A stretch of DNA of 62,844 nt, counting the filler, from Rhabdomonas costata (Eukaryota): assembly GCA_019059605.1 (NCBI GenBank). It is 46 parts of 46 records of this genome, joined end to end, with 100 filler letters (N's around TTAATTAATTAA, not from the genome) between each part and the next. Parts side by side here need not be neighbours in the genome. Positions count along the whole stretch, not along the records: positions 50,633 to 51,900 come from JAHMHO010021274.1; positions 52,001 to 53,268 come from JAHMHO010021275.1; positions 53,369 to 54,636 come from JAHMHO010021276.1; positions 54,737 to 56,004 come from JAHMHO010021277.1; positions 56,105 to 57,372 come from JAHMHO010021278.1; positions 57,473 to 58,740 come from JAHMHO010021279.1; positions 58,841 to 60,108 come from JAHMHO010021280.1; positions 60,209 to 61,476 come from JAHMHO010021281.1; 38 more parts are not named here. One strand, given 5' to 3'. A program made the position numbers and the translations under genes. The notes under the pieces are model-generated. The model did not search any database, was not told the DNA's origin, and saw only the letters and a list, made by a program, of their open reading frames with translations. This document shows positions 50,720 to 62,844 of this stretch, one piece after another. Positions within the stretch are counted from its first letter, which is position 1. Every line of letters starts with the position of its first letter.

Positions 50720-51298
50720 GTACACAGTCGACGACAAGTTTTACGAGGACCTACTCGCCCAAGACACCGAGGACGAGGTCCTGAACACCTTGATGCCCAT
50801 CACTACGATGATGGAGTACCAGACGCTGCAGAAGCTGCGCCACGCCTCGCTCCTGAACTGCGTCGCTCACGCCACTCCCATGCCTGGCGCGGACTCGGCC
50901 TTCCCTATCCATCCTGGCACCGTGGAATATCTCAGGTACTTGCAGCCCGTGAGCGTGACGGCGACAGCAGCACCGGTGGCACCACGGGCGGCGTTGTGGA
51001 TGCCGATGGTCAGCCCAGCCGGCACTACACATACCTCTTCTCCAACTTCCCCGAAGAGCTGGTGCGGGCCACTCTGAACGCCGTGGACCCGGAGGTGGTG
51101 TCGCTCTTTGATGTAATCGGGAATTACGGCTCCTATGCCCGGTTCCACCGGGACACGCTCAGTGCGATCCGCCTGTCCTCGCACCAGCAGCCGTCGGCCA
51201 CAGACCCCAAGGACTTCAGGACGCTTTCGGGAGTTTCCCGCAGCAAGGGCCTAGTTTTCATAGGTGACGTCCCACAGCTACTCCCACCACTATTCTGA
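50720..51298 (+). CDS. Terminal exon of unknown protein with an apparent 1-nt frameshift near 50945
   Basis: The coding-like frame YTVDDKFYEDL..EYLRYLQ switches to ARERDGDS..HYTYLFSNFPEEL..PPLF*. Confidence 0.65.
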   Translation, partial: VHSRRQVLRGPTRPRHRGRGPEHLDAHHYDDGVPDAAEAAPRLAPELRRSRHSHAWRGLGLPYPSWHRGISQVLAARERDGDSSTGGTTGGVVDADGQPSRHYTYLFSNFPEELVRATLNAVDPEVVSLFDVIGNYGSYARFHRDTLSAIRLSSHQQPSATDPKDFRTLSGVSRSKGLVFIGDVPQLLPPLF

Positions 51299-53960
51299 TC
51301 TACTCGTGCGAAAGACAACATCTGTCAACATTTCCCTGGCATCAAGCATTTTGCGGACCCCCCACCCTGTTCAGCCTGCGCTCTACAGTCCAAGATCTTA
51401 TGATCTTGAGTCTCTCCCTCATGTCCATAATATGGGCTGAACAAGGAAATGGGTGTAGGACTAATGCGAGTAGGACTCTCTTTTGATGATCAGACTGTTA
51501 TTGGTGAATGTTCACAGCCTTCCCGCATCCCTGTGAACACGACGTACACAACAAAACCCCCGCGGTAGCATTGTGCCGACTCAGTTTCGCCACTCACATT
51601 CCTAAATTGCCCCACAAACGGTGGTGCGATTGGCATGCAGCGGCAGGTAATTGGCACATGGTGAGCACCAGCGTTTCATCAGTGCCTGCCATCAAACAGC
51701 AAACAGATTTGACATGCTATGGATTGCATCGCTCGCCGTGGCCCTGCCGTGGGAAGGTCCTGCAGCTCCTGAGGTCCTCCGGATTCTCTGCCTTGTCCGA
51801 ACAGAAGAGCAACCCCACGAAACCCTCCGCCCTTCCAGCGCTGCTGACGCCCTGCCCCAAACCCACCGCTGTGTTCTTCTATGAGACCTCCCCCAAAACC
51901 NNNNNNNNNNNNNNNNNNNNNNNNNNNNNNNNNNNNNNNNNNNNTTAATTAATTAANNNNNNNNNNNNNNNNNNNNNNNNNNNNNNNNNNNNNNNNNNNN
52001 GTTTTGGTGGTTTCCCTCTATGGTCATTTGACCTCCACGCATTCTCCACCGAACGCTTTTCCTTTGTTGCCAGTGTAAGTTATTGCACCCTATGGCCCGG
52101 ACCATGAGCAACCTGTGCGCTGCTGCCGTGACCTCTCTTGTTAAAAAGAATTTATAGCATTGCTGTAAAAAGGGGGTTCGGCAACAAAAAAAAAAGTACA
52201 AGGAGGAGCGAAAAGATGGGAAGGGGAAACAAAACGGATTGTTTCAATTTGGCAAACGGGGGCCAATTAACAAACTTAACCGCCCCCACTCCACTTTATA
52301 GAGTTTTTCTTTATGTGGCTGTCTCGGTACCTGGTGCCTTTGCCCTCTTCCGGTACCGTTCGGTTCCACTTTTACCTGTTTTTTTGTCCGTACAACTGAG
52401 CTCTTGTGACGCAGTGCCGTGAATGGGATCAAAAGGTCCAATTTTCCAAGGTTTTCGGAGAAAACTGACGTTTTCCGTCCCCAAAGTGTCGGGTAGCTCT
52501 GATAGGCGTTTTATATCTTCACATCTGTAAACAATGCTCCAACTGCCAACTGCTTAGGGCTACACTTCTCAAGCTGACCCCCGCGCGTCCCAAATCCTTT
52601 CCGCCCCCAATGACCCTGCCCCTGGTTTTCGTTCATGCCACCCCCTCGCAGACCGGCCGACTCCGCGTGGGCGCGAATGGGTCATTTAGTTTTTCTGTCC
52701 ACTATAGGAGAGATCACCACAGAAGACGGAACCCCTAGAACCACCACATCCTGTGTGTATGGGAGGGGGAGGCGAAAAAACACTTCGGAGTATTCTAGAA
52801 TGCCAGTCACTGGGCCTCCATCTCATTCTATATTTACAGGGATGTCCACCGCATTCACGGCCTCATCGTGCCCCAGCGTGTCCACTGAGCAAAAGACAGA
52901 TCGGTGACCACATGTTACTCCGCCGTCTGTGCTTTTTTCTGTGCTTTCAAAAACATTCAATTAGCAGTCAATTAATATAATATTTCTGAGACACAAAAAT
53001 ACACACACTGCCCAAATTCTATTCAACTTCTCTTGCGAAAGCGCGACGGTCTTACCGTTGTGTTGCCGTTGTTATGGTGTCCTAATCTGTGTTTTCCTGA
53101 TCAACAACAGTGTAAATTTTCTCCGATCTTTTTGCAGTACTATCTGGATAAGACTAACCTTGAATGAACAGGGTGGGGTGGGAACAGGGTGGGGGCACTA
53201 TACACCGTGTTCCCACCCCACCCTGTTCATTCAAGGTTAGTCTTATCCAGATAGTACTACAAAAACACNNNNNNNNNNNNNNNNNNNNNNNNNNNNNNNN
53301 NNNNNNNNNNNNTTAATTAATTAANNNNNNNNNNNNNNNNNNNNNNNNNNNNNNNNNNNNNNNNNNNNTGTGGTGGGTGTGGTTGGTGTTGTTGGTAGTT
53401 CAAAGGTTGGGCTAAGGCTTCTCCAGCTCGTTCTGAACAACTTTCCTCTCTGAGCTCCAAGTGATTGTTGTTTAGCGGGATTGTCGTGGGAAGCAAGCAA
53501 TGCACAAGCAGAAGCAGAAGCTAGCAAACGTGCCCATCACCTTCAAAGCACTGCTTTCATCCCTTGGCCGGAAGTAGCGGGGGACCCCCTTCTGGACGTG
53601 GGTTCGCTGTGTGTCATCGCATTGTTCCGGCTTAAATCGACGACTAGATGGGGCTACCGGGGGTACCTGTGGGGGGGCTGGACCATTGTATACCAGGGGA
53701 CCCCTCCGGAACCCTCGCATCGACCTGTTCGTGCTCACTGTTTATGGATACGATTGTGTGAACTGTCTGTTGTTGCCGGTGTCCCACTTTTGCAAGCATA
53801 CCCTTCCTTCTTACATGGGCTGATACCCACTTAAGTTATTTGGATCAACCGCGGGCGCATCTGGCACTGTTTATGCAAAGAGAAATCAACGTAGCAGTGC
53901 CCGACCAACTGGAACATCCATAGCACGGGGTAAGTTTTGGGGATGTTTCACGGTTCGCAG

Positions 53961-54329
53961 GAGGAGTTTCAGAGTCAGCGCGAGCTTGCGGCCTTTCTGC
54001 TGGACAACTCGCTGGCCCCCAAGGGGCTGATGACCAGCCGCTCCACGTGCTCCGCCCCCGCTCCCTCCCCCACTCTCTCGTCCAACTTGGAGGCCACCCC
54101 TTCCATGTGCGGGGTCTCCGCCTTACACGCCGACGCCTTTGCGCGGGCCTTGGCCGAGGAGTACAACGTCAGGCTGGCCGCACACTACCACTCCCAGGAG
54201 GGCTGGCGGAGCCTCCACGCGGAGCTGGACAGCGTGATCCAGGCCGTCAGCGGGCGGCCCAAACTGCGACTGCTGGGGAGCTTCTCAAGCAACCCTGAAC
54301 TGGAGGCCGCGCTGCAGAGGCAGGAGCAG
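53961..54329 (+). CDS. Exon of unknown protein
   Basis: CGCAG|..CAG|GT, 123 codons, GC3-rich. Confidence 0.7.
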
Positions 54330-56214
54330 GTCCCCCCTCCTTCTTCTTCTGCGCGGAGAATATGTGCGGGGGGTGGGTTATCACGAGGCAGTAGCGCAGC
54401 GTTGAAGGACGCACACGGACCTGGATATGCAGTGTCTCGCAGGCACTGCGATGCTTGTCCATAAGGAACTGTTCTCCAGGCTCTCGCTTGTTCATCCCTC
54501 GCCCCTTCTCCTGCACCGCTGTCGCTGTTGCACCAGCAGTTGGCTGGTAGGGAGGTCTGTCTTCGGGTGATCTGCCTGCTGCACGAGTAAGCTTATCAGT
54601 TTTTGCAACCGAATTTTCTCAGATAGGCAGGCAAGTNNNNNNNNNNNNNNNNNNNNNNNNNNNNNNNNNNNNNNNNNNNNTTAATTAATTAANNNNNNNN
54701 NNNNNNNNNNNNNNNNNNNNNNNNNNNNNNNNNNNNGGTTGTTGGGGTACACAGAAAAAGTGGACGAAGGGGGGAGTTGCGTAAGGGGACAGAGGGCAGG
54801 GTGGTGAGAGGATTGTTTCCTTCAGCCCAGTGGCAGCAATTCACCACAGTTGGAAACCGAGAGTTTATTTATGCGGGGCAAAGGTTCCATGAAGTGGCAG
54901 CGGACCATACATGGGCAGGGGAGGGATCCTCGGAGAAAAACGGAGTGAAGAGCACAATTTAGAATAGTGCTTCCTGTGTGTAAACAGATATATTACAGCA
55001 CACAAGCAAAGGAGGAAAAGAAGGCGACGACGGAATGTCAAGGGGACAGATGCCAATACGTGCACAGAGGATGTGAGTTAGCAAAAAAAAAATACTGAAG
55101 TGTGCACCTGTTCCCAAGACACAGCATACACCACGCGGGGGGGGGCGCATTCTGCACATCGTTGTGCAGAATTGGCCCAACTGCAACAACACTGCAGGCA
55201 GAAAGGTGTGTGCGTTGTGGGGGGGGATTAAGAAAAAGAGAAAGCACGGGAAATGAGCGCTAAGGGTAGAGGAAGCGGGGAGTTCTGATTGTGGGCACCA
55301 GGAAGGTTGGCGGCAGTGAAAGAGAAAATACCGAAGTGGGGAAACGAGAAGGTTAGAGCAATTGCGGGCATAACAATACCCACAGCAGCAACAGGAACCA
55401 GAAAAATGAGATACTGCAGAAAAGCTCAGGGAACGAGCGTGGATCGCATGCTCGTAATCGATCCAGCACAACCCTACAACCGGTGCAGTGGAGGGAAAAC
55501 GAAGTCCCTGGAATGGAAGCTGGCGCTCTTTGAGCCTAGGTTCCGGATGGAAAAAAATACGCACACTATGCACACAGGTGCTCAAACTTTCTCAAACACT
55601 TCGAGACGACAAAAATTATCACGTTCTTGTCTTTCAAATACCAAACACCGAGTAAAACTTTGGAGTTTGGTGGAACAGAAGGACACGATCCAGTGCAAAA
55701 GTTGAAAGAAAAAGCCCTCTGGTAACAAGAGCCCGATCCAACGAACACTGCAGGAAGGAGCGGGAAAAAAAAAGAACCACGCCCCGCATCCCGAGAAACG
55801 TACACATGCATGAAAGAAGGAAAAGGTGTTACAAGGTGTTACAACGTTCTCTCCACTTCGACTCTCCACTTCGCTAACGACCGCACAAAAGAAACAGTCG
55901 CCATCTCAAAGCGTCTTAGCACAAGAACCTGGTAAAAACCCGTGGGAGCAAAATAGAAAAGCCATCCAGAGAAACGCCCCCCCCAACCCACACACACCCA
56001 ACACNNNNNNNNNNNNNNNNNNNNNNNNNNNNNNNNNNNNNNNNNNNNTTAATTAATTAANNNNNNNNNNNNNNNNNNNNNNNNNNNNNNNNNNNNNNNN
56101 NNNNGGGGGTTTGGTCTATCAATTTGAACGTCAGATGGATTTCTCCGTGGCAGTCCTTCCCTTTGGCCCGTGACAGCGTGAAGCCGGTTGGGATGCATTT
56201 TTTCGGTTGCGCAG

Positions 56215-57250
56215 ATGGAGGATGTGGCGGAGATGAACCTGGACGTGGTGGAGCAGAAGCGCAGCCGGTTCAAGGAGATTGCGGATATCCAGGCCTTTTT
56301 CGGGACGATGGTGGAGAAGCTGAGAAGCTGATGGTATTGATTCCCTTCTCACCATCAATACCCCCTGCCGGAAAGTGCACAGAATCTTATCTTGCTGTAT
56401 CACGTCGTGCTTGTCCCCCTGCCGTTGCTTTCATGGGAAAGTATGGGTTTCTGTTTCTTTGAAAATGCCTCTGTGAGATGTAGGATACTACTCTCGCAGT
56501 TGATGCCGAGTGACTTTTCTTGTTTTTAGTATCGCGGGCTTACAGCAGTCATAATTTTGCGCCCTCGTAACAAAATCATTTTAAGCAAAAGCCCATTCGC
56601 TTCAGTGCAGAACGATCCGACGAATAATATACCCGCACGCGGTCAATCTTAAACGCCCAAATAGCGTCATGTGTCCACCTTCACCCAGTTGCGCCAACGT
56701 GAAAAGTCAAAAAAAGGTTTTGGGGCTTGACGGTTGCCTGGGTAGGCCGGGAGGAAAGGCGGATACTTGTCACTAGGAAACAGCATCTGCAAGCTGTGTG
56801 CGTGCAGTGCGAGTTTCAGTCAACTCGGTTTCACAGCGTTTTCGTTATTGCGACCAGAACACCCCACCCACAGTAGAACACTCACTTCTAGACCGCTTCC
56901 ACAGCTTGCTCTGTACTGATGGAGAATTTCATGCTTGCTCTCATAAGGGTTTCCAAATACCGCGTGATTATGCTGCGATTCGGGAATTTGGGGGTGGGGC
57001 GGGAGTGATCGCGCTAGTCCACTTCCCATTATGCAGGAGTTCCGGGCGTACCTCCCCGAGGCCGTGCTGGGAGGGAACAACAACTCCTCCAATGAGGAGG
57101 CCGAAGGCCAGGCTCCTGCTCTCACTCCGGCCACCCGGCGCACGACGGAGGACTCCTCGCGGCGGTACAGCAAGCCCTCTCGGGTGCTGCCCTCGGAGTC
57201 CAGCGAGTGCGCGGACCCGGAATGCTCCCGGGATGACCTTGCAGAGCCCG
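56215..57250 (+). CDS. HAMP-linker region of class III adenylate/guanylate cyclase-like protein, 2 exons, with 8-nt frameshifting duplication
   Basis: Exons 56215-56333 and 57037-~57250 give MEDVAEMNLD..SRFKEIADIQAFFGTMVEKL(M)|EFRAYLPEAVL. The catalytic domain is not in the contig. Confidence 0.72.
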
Positions 57251-57471
57251 GTGCTGTCAGTGCCGCACTCACTCGCACACTCATTCACGCATGGAAGCAC
57301 GCACGCATCAGCCCATACCAACCACTGGATAATATCACACCCACGACACCTAGCACGCAGCCACGACCACAGNNNNNNNNNNNNNNNNNNNNNNNNNNNN
57401 NNNNNNNNNNNNNNNNTTAATTAATTAANNNNNNNNNNNNNNNNNNNNNNNNNNNNNNNNNNNNNNNNNNN

Positions 57472-58438
57472 NTGGGGGGCGGCCCCACCGCCTCCCCCCT
57501 CGGGGTGGCCGCCCCCCAGCTCCTCGTCGGGGGGCTCTGTGGAGCCTCCAGGACGGTAGAGGTTGTCCTGGAGAAGGGTCTTGGCGTAGCTTAGCCTGGG
57601 GGAGTCTTGGGTGAGCTTCCGGGCCTCTGCAAAGCGGGCGTTGAGGAACTGGTACAGCAGGGTGAATGCCTCCTCGTTGATCTGGGCATCAAAGGTGTGC
57701 ATCCGCGCCTCGGACTCCATGATCGTGGCCGATCGCAGCGGCCACTGCGACCGAAAGCCCACAAGAAAAGACTTCTTCAGCACGCGTCACCCCAAAGCAA
57801 CCCCAACATCGGACAGCGCATAGCCACCCCACCCCCACGCGCACCCTATTGAGTGAGCACCACTCTCACCACTCAGCATACTGCTCGTCAGCACTCAGTT
57901 AGGCAGCAATCAGTGCTGACGAAGGTGAGTACAGTGTGTCTGTCTGTGTGTGGGTGTGTGCGTGTGGACCTTCCACCCTATTACTCAGCGTACAAAGATT
58001 TCTGTCAGGGATTTGAAGTTCTCTCTGACCACTTCACATCTTCCCCAACGCACGTGTTTTTTTTAACTCAGTTGTTCACTACTAAACGCAAAAAGAATCT
58101 TTTCCCTGTCAAGCCCCCGCAAAAGAGCCCGAGGGCAGGTTAATTTAGCAGTGCATGAGGTGAGCAACCAAAACGTTACCCAGCTGGAATCACAATGCAA
58201 TCACAGTTTCCTTGAACATGGTTGCCTGCAGCTCTAACATGCAGTCTTAACAGGAGACCTGGATCCGGTCCCGAGTGTCCCGGTCCAGCACTCGCCCAAT
58301 CCTGAGCTCCAGCTCCACGTTGGGAAGGTCAACATAGTCCCAAATAAATCGAGAGACCTGCTCCGTTATGTCATCGGCGCTGTCACCAAACGCAGAGACA
58401 GTCAAGCCATACGGAGTGAAGTCATCAGGTGCAGTCAT
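57472..58438 (-). CDS. CET1: Cet1-like mRNA-capping RNA triphosphatase (triphosphate tunnel/CYTH), first 2 exons
   Basis: Exons 58438-58259 and 57744-57472 give DDITEQVSRFIW..NVELELRIGRVLDRDTRDRIQ|WPLRSATIM..FDAQI..LYQFLN, with ExExR motif A. Confidence 0.8.
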
Positions 58439-59151
58439 CGAAAAAACGAACAATACACCCAGCATACACACCACAGAAGGGCTAGGATGACGCATGAATT
58501 TGGTGAGCTTCGGGAAAAAGCGACCTTGGATCCTCCCGCGATAAAAACAAAACCACAGCCCGGTTCGCGTGGCACAGAAACTCTGATGAACTTCTCAGCC
58601 AATGCAGCCAGCTAACGGCCATCCGTGGCATCGTTGCAGATTCGGTGTCGCCAAGCCTACTGCACTTATGGTGACGTAAACAGAGCGACTTTCTTTCACG
58701 CAAAGCATCCCTCCAAGATTGCAAATCGGCCCCACACAACNNNNNNNNNNNNNNNNNNNNNNNNNNNNNNNNNNNNNNNNNNNNTTAATTAATTAANNNN
58801 NNNNNNNNNNNNNNNNNNNNNNNNNNNNNNNNNNNNNNNNGGGGGGGTTGTAATTTCGCCGAAAAAATCAGCTGGAGCCGGAGGACACCTTGTTCATATG
58901 AATAGAGCTGGAGTCCGCAAAGCCAAACAGCGAGTGGTCTGTGAAGACGGTCTGTAGGGCACAAAACACAACGCCCCTAAATGTTGGGAAACAGAACCTG
59001 TTGCGTTCATCTGCAGACGAACGGAGTAACGCCACCAAACCTCACAGTGTAAACTAAAAAGCATCCTTCCATTCGGTACACGACAGAAATCACGTGATTC
59101 AATTTGGAACGTTTGACTTGCACGAGTCACAGAGAACTGGCCCTAATTCAG

Positions 59152-59337
59152 ATTCTCCGTGTGGATCGAACGCGCAGACCTTGAAGCCCATCACCCGTGC
59201 ATGGAAGAGCGCCTCGTGGCACAGGGTGCTGGTCGTCTGGTGCCCATGAACAAGCGTGATCCGTTCCCGCAGCAAAATGTTCCGCAACTGCGAGGCCGAA
59301 AGGAATACATCGGCAGTACCAACCCCGCCTTTTGCAC
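59152..59337 (+). CDS. Exon of unknown protein
   Basis: TTCAG|..|GTGAG boundaries, 62 open codons. Confidence 0.5.
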
Positions 59338-61610
59338 GTGAGAGAACCTAGAACCTCAAAACAGCCCTAAAGTCTGAGCAGTATCCCATGTTTTTTCTTC
59401 TTTCTTCAGCGCGGCGGCAACTGACGGCTTCTGATCAAGCGGAATAAAACTGCAAGAAACTGGAAAAAGAGCCACGCCTTTCCCGGCGTCCAGGCAATCA
59501 AATTAACTTTAAGAAAGTGATCGATGTAAAGCAGTGAAGCCCATAGAGGGGATGAGGTGTGCACTGCAGTGCATACCAGTGGAAGGAACATGAAGACCGT
59601 CGGAAGTGTCACCGTTCCCGAGGGTACTGCCACTCCTTGGAAGGGCACGTAATAGACCTATTCCGGAGTTGATGGAAGCCTTACATCCATGCCTTCCACA
59701 GATACGCCCATTCGCTACAATAACCGAGGAGAATGGCTGAGGAGATTGGCACCAGCAAAAAAGAAGAGCGGTGCGACCCTCACGGCAAACCAATGAGCTG
59801 ATAGCAACTTAGGAAAAGCCGGAAACATCCATCCAAGGGAATGCAAAGAGCGCAGTTTCAGAGGACCTTCAATCCATTGGTCATGTAACGGACCCCGCAG
59901 CGGTCACGGTAGCAGCGAGTGATCACCACTACCTGCGAAAAACGTCGTGACCGAAGGCGAAACGCTTCCTTAGAAGTAGTGAGGGTACATGAACCAAAAC
60001 AAAACCCTAACAACGAAAACAGAAAGCCTTCTGAGAATACAACCGATGGGTTAACAGGTTTCCACCAAAGAACAAACTCAGAGCAGTCATTTTACTTTCG
60101 CAATCCATNNNNNNNNNNNNNNNNNNNNNNNNNNNNNNNNNNNNNNNNNNNNTTAATTAATTAANNNNNNNNNNNNNNNNNNNNNNNNNNNNNNNNNNNN
60201 NNNNNNNNGGTTTTGTGCATAGATTGGGCTTGCCGACAAGGGTATTTCAGCACATTGATGATTGAAAGACCCAAACGTTCATCTGAACCGCTCGAAATAG
60301 GTGAGCACACCGGAAATTTTTACTAGGTATCTTGTTTTTTTTTCTTTCCAAGTCCCGCGTGTCAGAGGGACACGGCTGTGGGCTCGAGGCGTCGTGGACA
60401 TATTTCTTTCCTATGCCTGGTTATTTGAAAAAGGCTTGGAGGGACACGGTGGCGGACATGATGGCCAAGCCCCGTGAAGGACAGAAAATGAATGTGCTCT
60501 GCCCATAAGCCTTCGGGCGCCCCCCCCCCTTGCAGTGATGTACAACAGCTTTTTCGCTGACAGAAGTGACGCTTTGGCTCGGCGTGCTGGACGTCGATAG
60601 GGCCGAATTGCTGGAAATCCTTATGGCCGCAATCTCAACCTAGCGCATTGTTTCTATTTTTCAAAGGTCCTTTCTCTGCATACAAGTTCGGCTCATTTTG
60701 AAACACATATTGTCATTAGCAATGAGCAATGCACCAATGTTCGAAAAGATGAAGCGAAAAACAATGCAAGAGAGAGGATGAAGAAAGCAACTGCTCATTC
60801 AAAAAAGAAAGCGATCAATTTGATATTTGTCCTATTGGAGCCCGCACAGATAGAGGCAAATTCAAACCGTTTCTTCACCAGAGACGGCAAGCTGGCATGC
60901 TAGAAGTTGTTCCTTTCCCCTTAGCGAATGACTCCGCTCTTGTCTCGGGGGTGGTGCCTTCAGTGCTGCTGTTTGTGAAGAGCTGGACACCCCCCCCAAA
61001 AAAAAACTCTCAACCTTGGCGCAGTTCTTTGTTTTCCCATTCCGATGCATCTTGTGAATGATGGACAGCAGATTTTCCATGGAGACAGGTATCTGCCCCC
61101 CTGTTGTCTCTGGCTGTGGGTGTAGAAACCACGGAACTGCACTTTGAGTCCCACTTGCTGTGGATGGAAATGGTTGAAGGGGAGCTGGAGTGTCTGACCG
61201 GAAGTACTGGTGCGATGAAGCAGCTCCTGTGCACATGTCGAAAATGGACGCTGCAGCAGCGATTGAGGCTCGTAAGGCGACCAAATGACACCGATATGTG
61301 AGCGTGCGTCGAAGCTTCACGCAGCGCCATTCTTTTCTGCTTGGGGGACTGCTTGCAGGGCAACGGTTTCCCATTGCCAGCATACCATTGGCAGCTTTCC
61401 TTCTCCTGGTGGTCTTTGTGGGCTATCACGAACTCTTTGAGGGTCCCCGCAAAGAGTTCGTGATAGCCCACAAAACNNNNNNNNNNNNNNNNNNNNNNNN
61501 NNNNNNNNNNNNNNNNNNNNTTAATTAATTAANNNNNNNNNNNNNNNNNNNNNNNNNNNNNNNNNNNNNNNNNNNNTTTTGTTTGTAACACCACTACATT
61601 TTCCCAACAG

Positions 61611-62844
61611 GTCATGGGCATCTTTGGGGCTCTGTTTGGCGCTATTTTGCTGTTCGTGGTGCAGCTGGCAGTGTGGGTGGTGCAGGAGGTTCGGAAGCTG
61701 GCCGAGGCATGAGCGCGCTGGTGCACATACTTTTTCACAAGTCGCCAAATAATACTTACGCGCCAACTCACTTGGTGTTCTCAAAATTCAAATTTTTCGT
61801 AAAATCGATTTTTTAATTTTTTTTTTTTGAAAACTCGAATTTGTTTTAAGTTTTTTTGAAGCAATGGATTTTTCTTGAGATTATTTGGGTATTGGTGAGA
61901 AGCGGTTCTGGCGAAGCGGGAGCTAATCCCTCCCTGCTGAGCCCCCCTGAGGTTTATTTCAAAGATGATTTCCCTGCATATTTCAGTGCATTATAAATAT
62001 ATTATCGCGTGTCCTGCTGCGTGGTACGCTCATGCCAGAGGGGGGGGGGAAAACCCTGTTGCCTCTGGCTTCATCTCTTCGTCCCGTTGTGGTCTTTTCA
62101 ACCCGAATGGGCGCTTTTGTTGAAACTTTCTAGTTTGCAATTTCTATTCAGGGAAAGAGCTTCACGCTGACGGGTCTCCCCGGACTCTTCCAGCGTCGAA
62201 TTATATTTGCTTGCTTTTGTTTATTGTAGATATGCACGCTGTCAGGGGAGAGAGTCTTATCCTTTCTTTGTGCATGCACAGGCTGCGGAAATGGCGGAGA
62301 ACATCTCTGAGATGAAGCTGGACAACATCCCGCCCTGCCCTCCCAAGCCCACCCCGTTGCAGACCGTGATGTACCACATCGTGGACAACCTCAAGCTCTA
62401 CCGGTGCACTCCTGCCCGACCTTCTTGCCCTTGTGTGCCGACGGCCTCACACCGCCGTGAAGTTGCGGCCTCGGGTCCTCGTTTCGTCCCGTTCTTTGTT
62501 TGTGATGATGGTAATGACAGTGGTGGTGGTATGGCTTTAAATATTTTAATGGGTGGGACAATTAACATGATCGACAACGTTTACGGAGGGCTAAGCGGTC
62601 ACAATTTAGCTCGCTCGCCTTATGGGTTCTGATTTCTTTTGCTTCTTGCGTCTTGCTCACTTTTCAAGCATGTGTATGTGCGCGGGTGTTTTTTCTTTAT
62701 TGTTCGCAGGCCGTACCTCCCAGACACTCTCTTCGCCAAAGGCTCTGAGGACAGCCCCAGCGAGGACGATGCTGAGGAGAGCCAACCCACGCTGAAGAAG
62801 ATGCCCCCTGGGCTCGCCCGAGTCACGCAGGGCTACACACAACC
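61611..62844 (+). CDS. Transmembrane plus HAMP-like linker of a cyclase-like protein, 3 exons
   Basis: Exons 61611-61706, 62282-62403 and 62710-62844 give VMGIFGALFGAILLFVVQLAVWVVQEVRKLAE|AAEMAENISEMKLD..IVDNLKLYR|PYLPDTLF. The YRxYLP motif is shared with 57037. Confidence 0.72.

Noticed and set aside
57884-57923. Hammerhead ribozyme at CTGACGA in the Cet1 intron
   Set aside because: It is only a simple hairpin (TCGTCAGCACT/AGTGCTGACGA), with no correctly placed GAAA or three-way junction.

Overview
This window is not one locus. It is about 46 unrelated contigs of ~1.27 kb joined by an artificial 100-nt spacer (N44-TTAATTAATTAA-N44), so neighbouring genes carry no synteny information. The DNA is eukaryotic, with GC3-rich exons and 300-700 bp GT-AG introns. 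The gene content suggests a euglenozoan, probably a euglenid (inference). Recognisable gene fragments include a hybrid histidine kinase, an outer-arm dynein heavy chain, a DBP2/DDX5-like helicase, NAT10/Kre33, a beta-adaptin, a Cet1-type RNA triphosphatase, an FCP1/NIF phosphatase, two HAMP-adenylate-cyclase-like genes, an OsmC-domain protein, and Kelch, LRR and DUF3431 proteins. Retroelement relics of the CRE-like non-LTR, Penelope-like and Ty3/gypsy types are also present. The two most interesting signals are (1) a ~200-nt structured repeat found five times in four independent contigs, always in the same orientation relative to the host transcript, and (2) an unusual ORF with two tandem beta-barrel-like repeats, a ZZ zinc finger and a probable adenylation-domain start. 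G/T-only contig starts, C/A-only contig ends and terminal fold-back hairpins look like whole-genome-amplification artefacts. All family assignments come from motif recognition by eye, not database searches.
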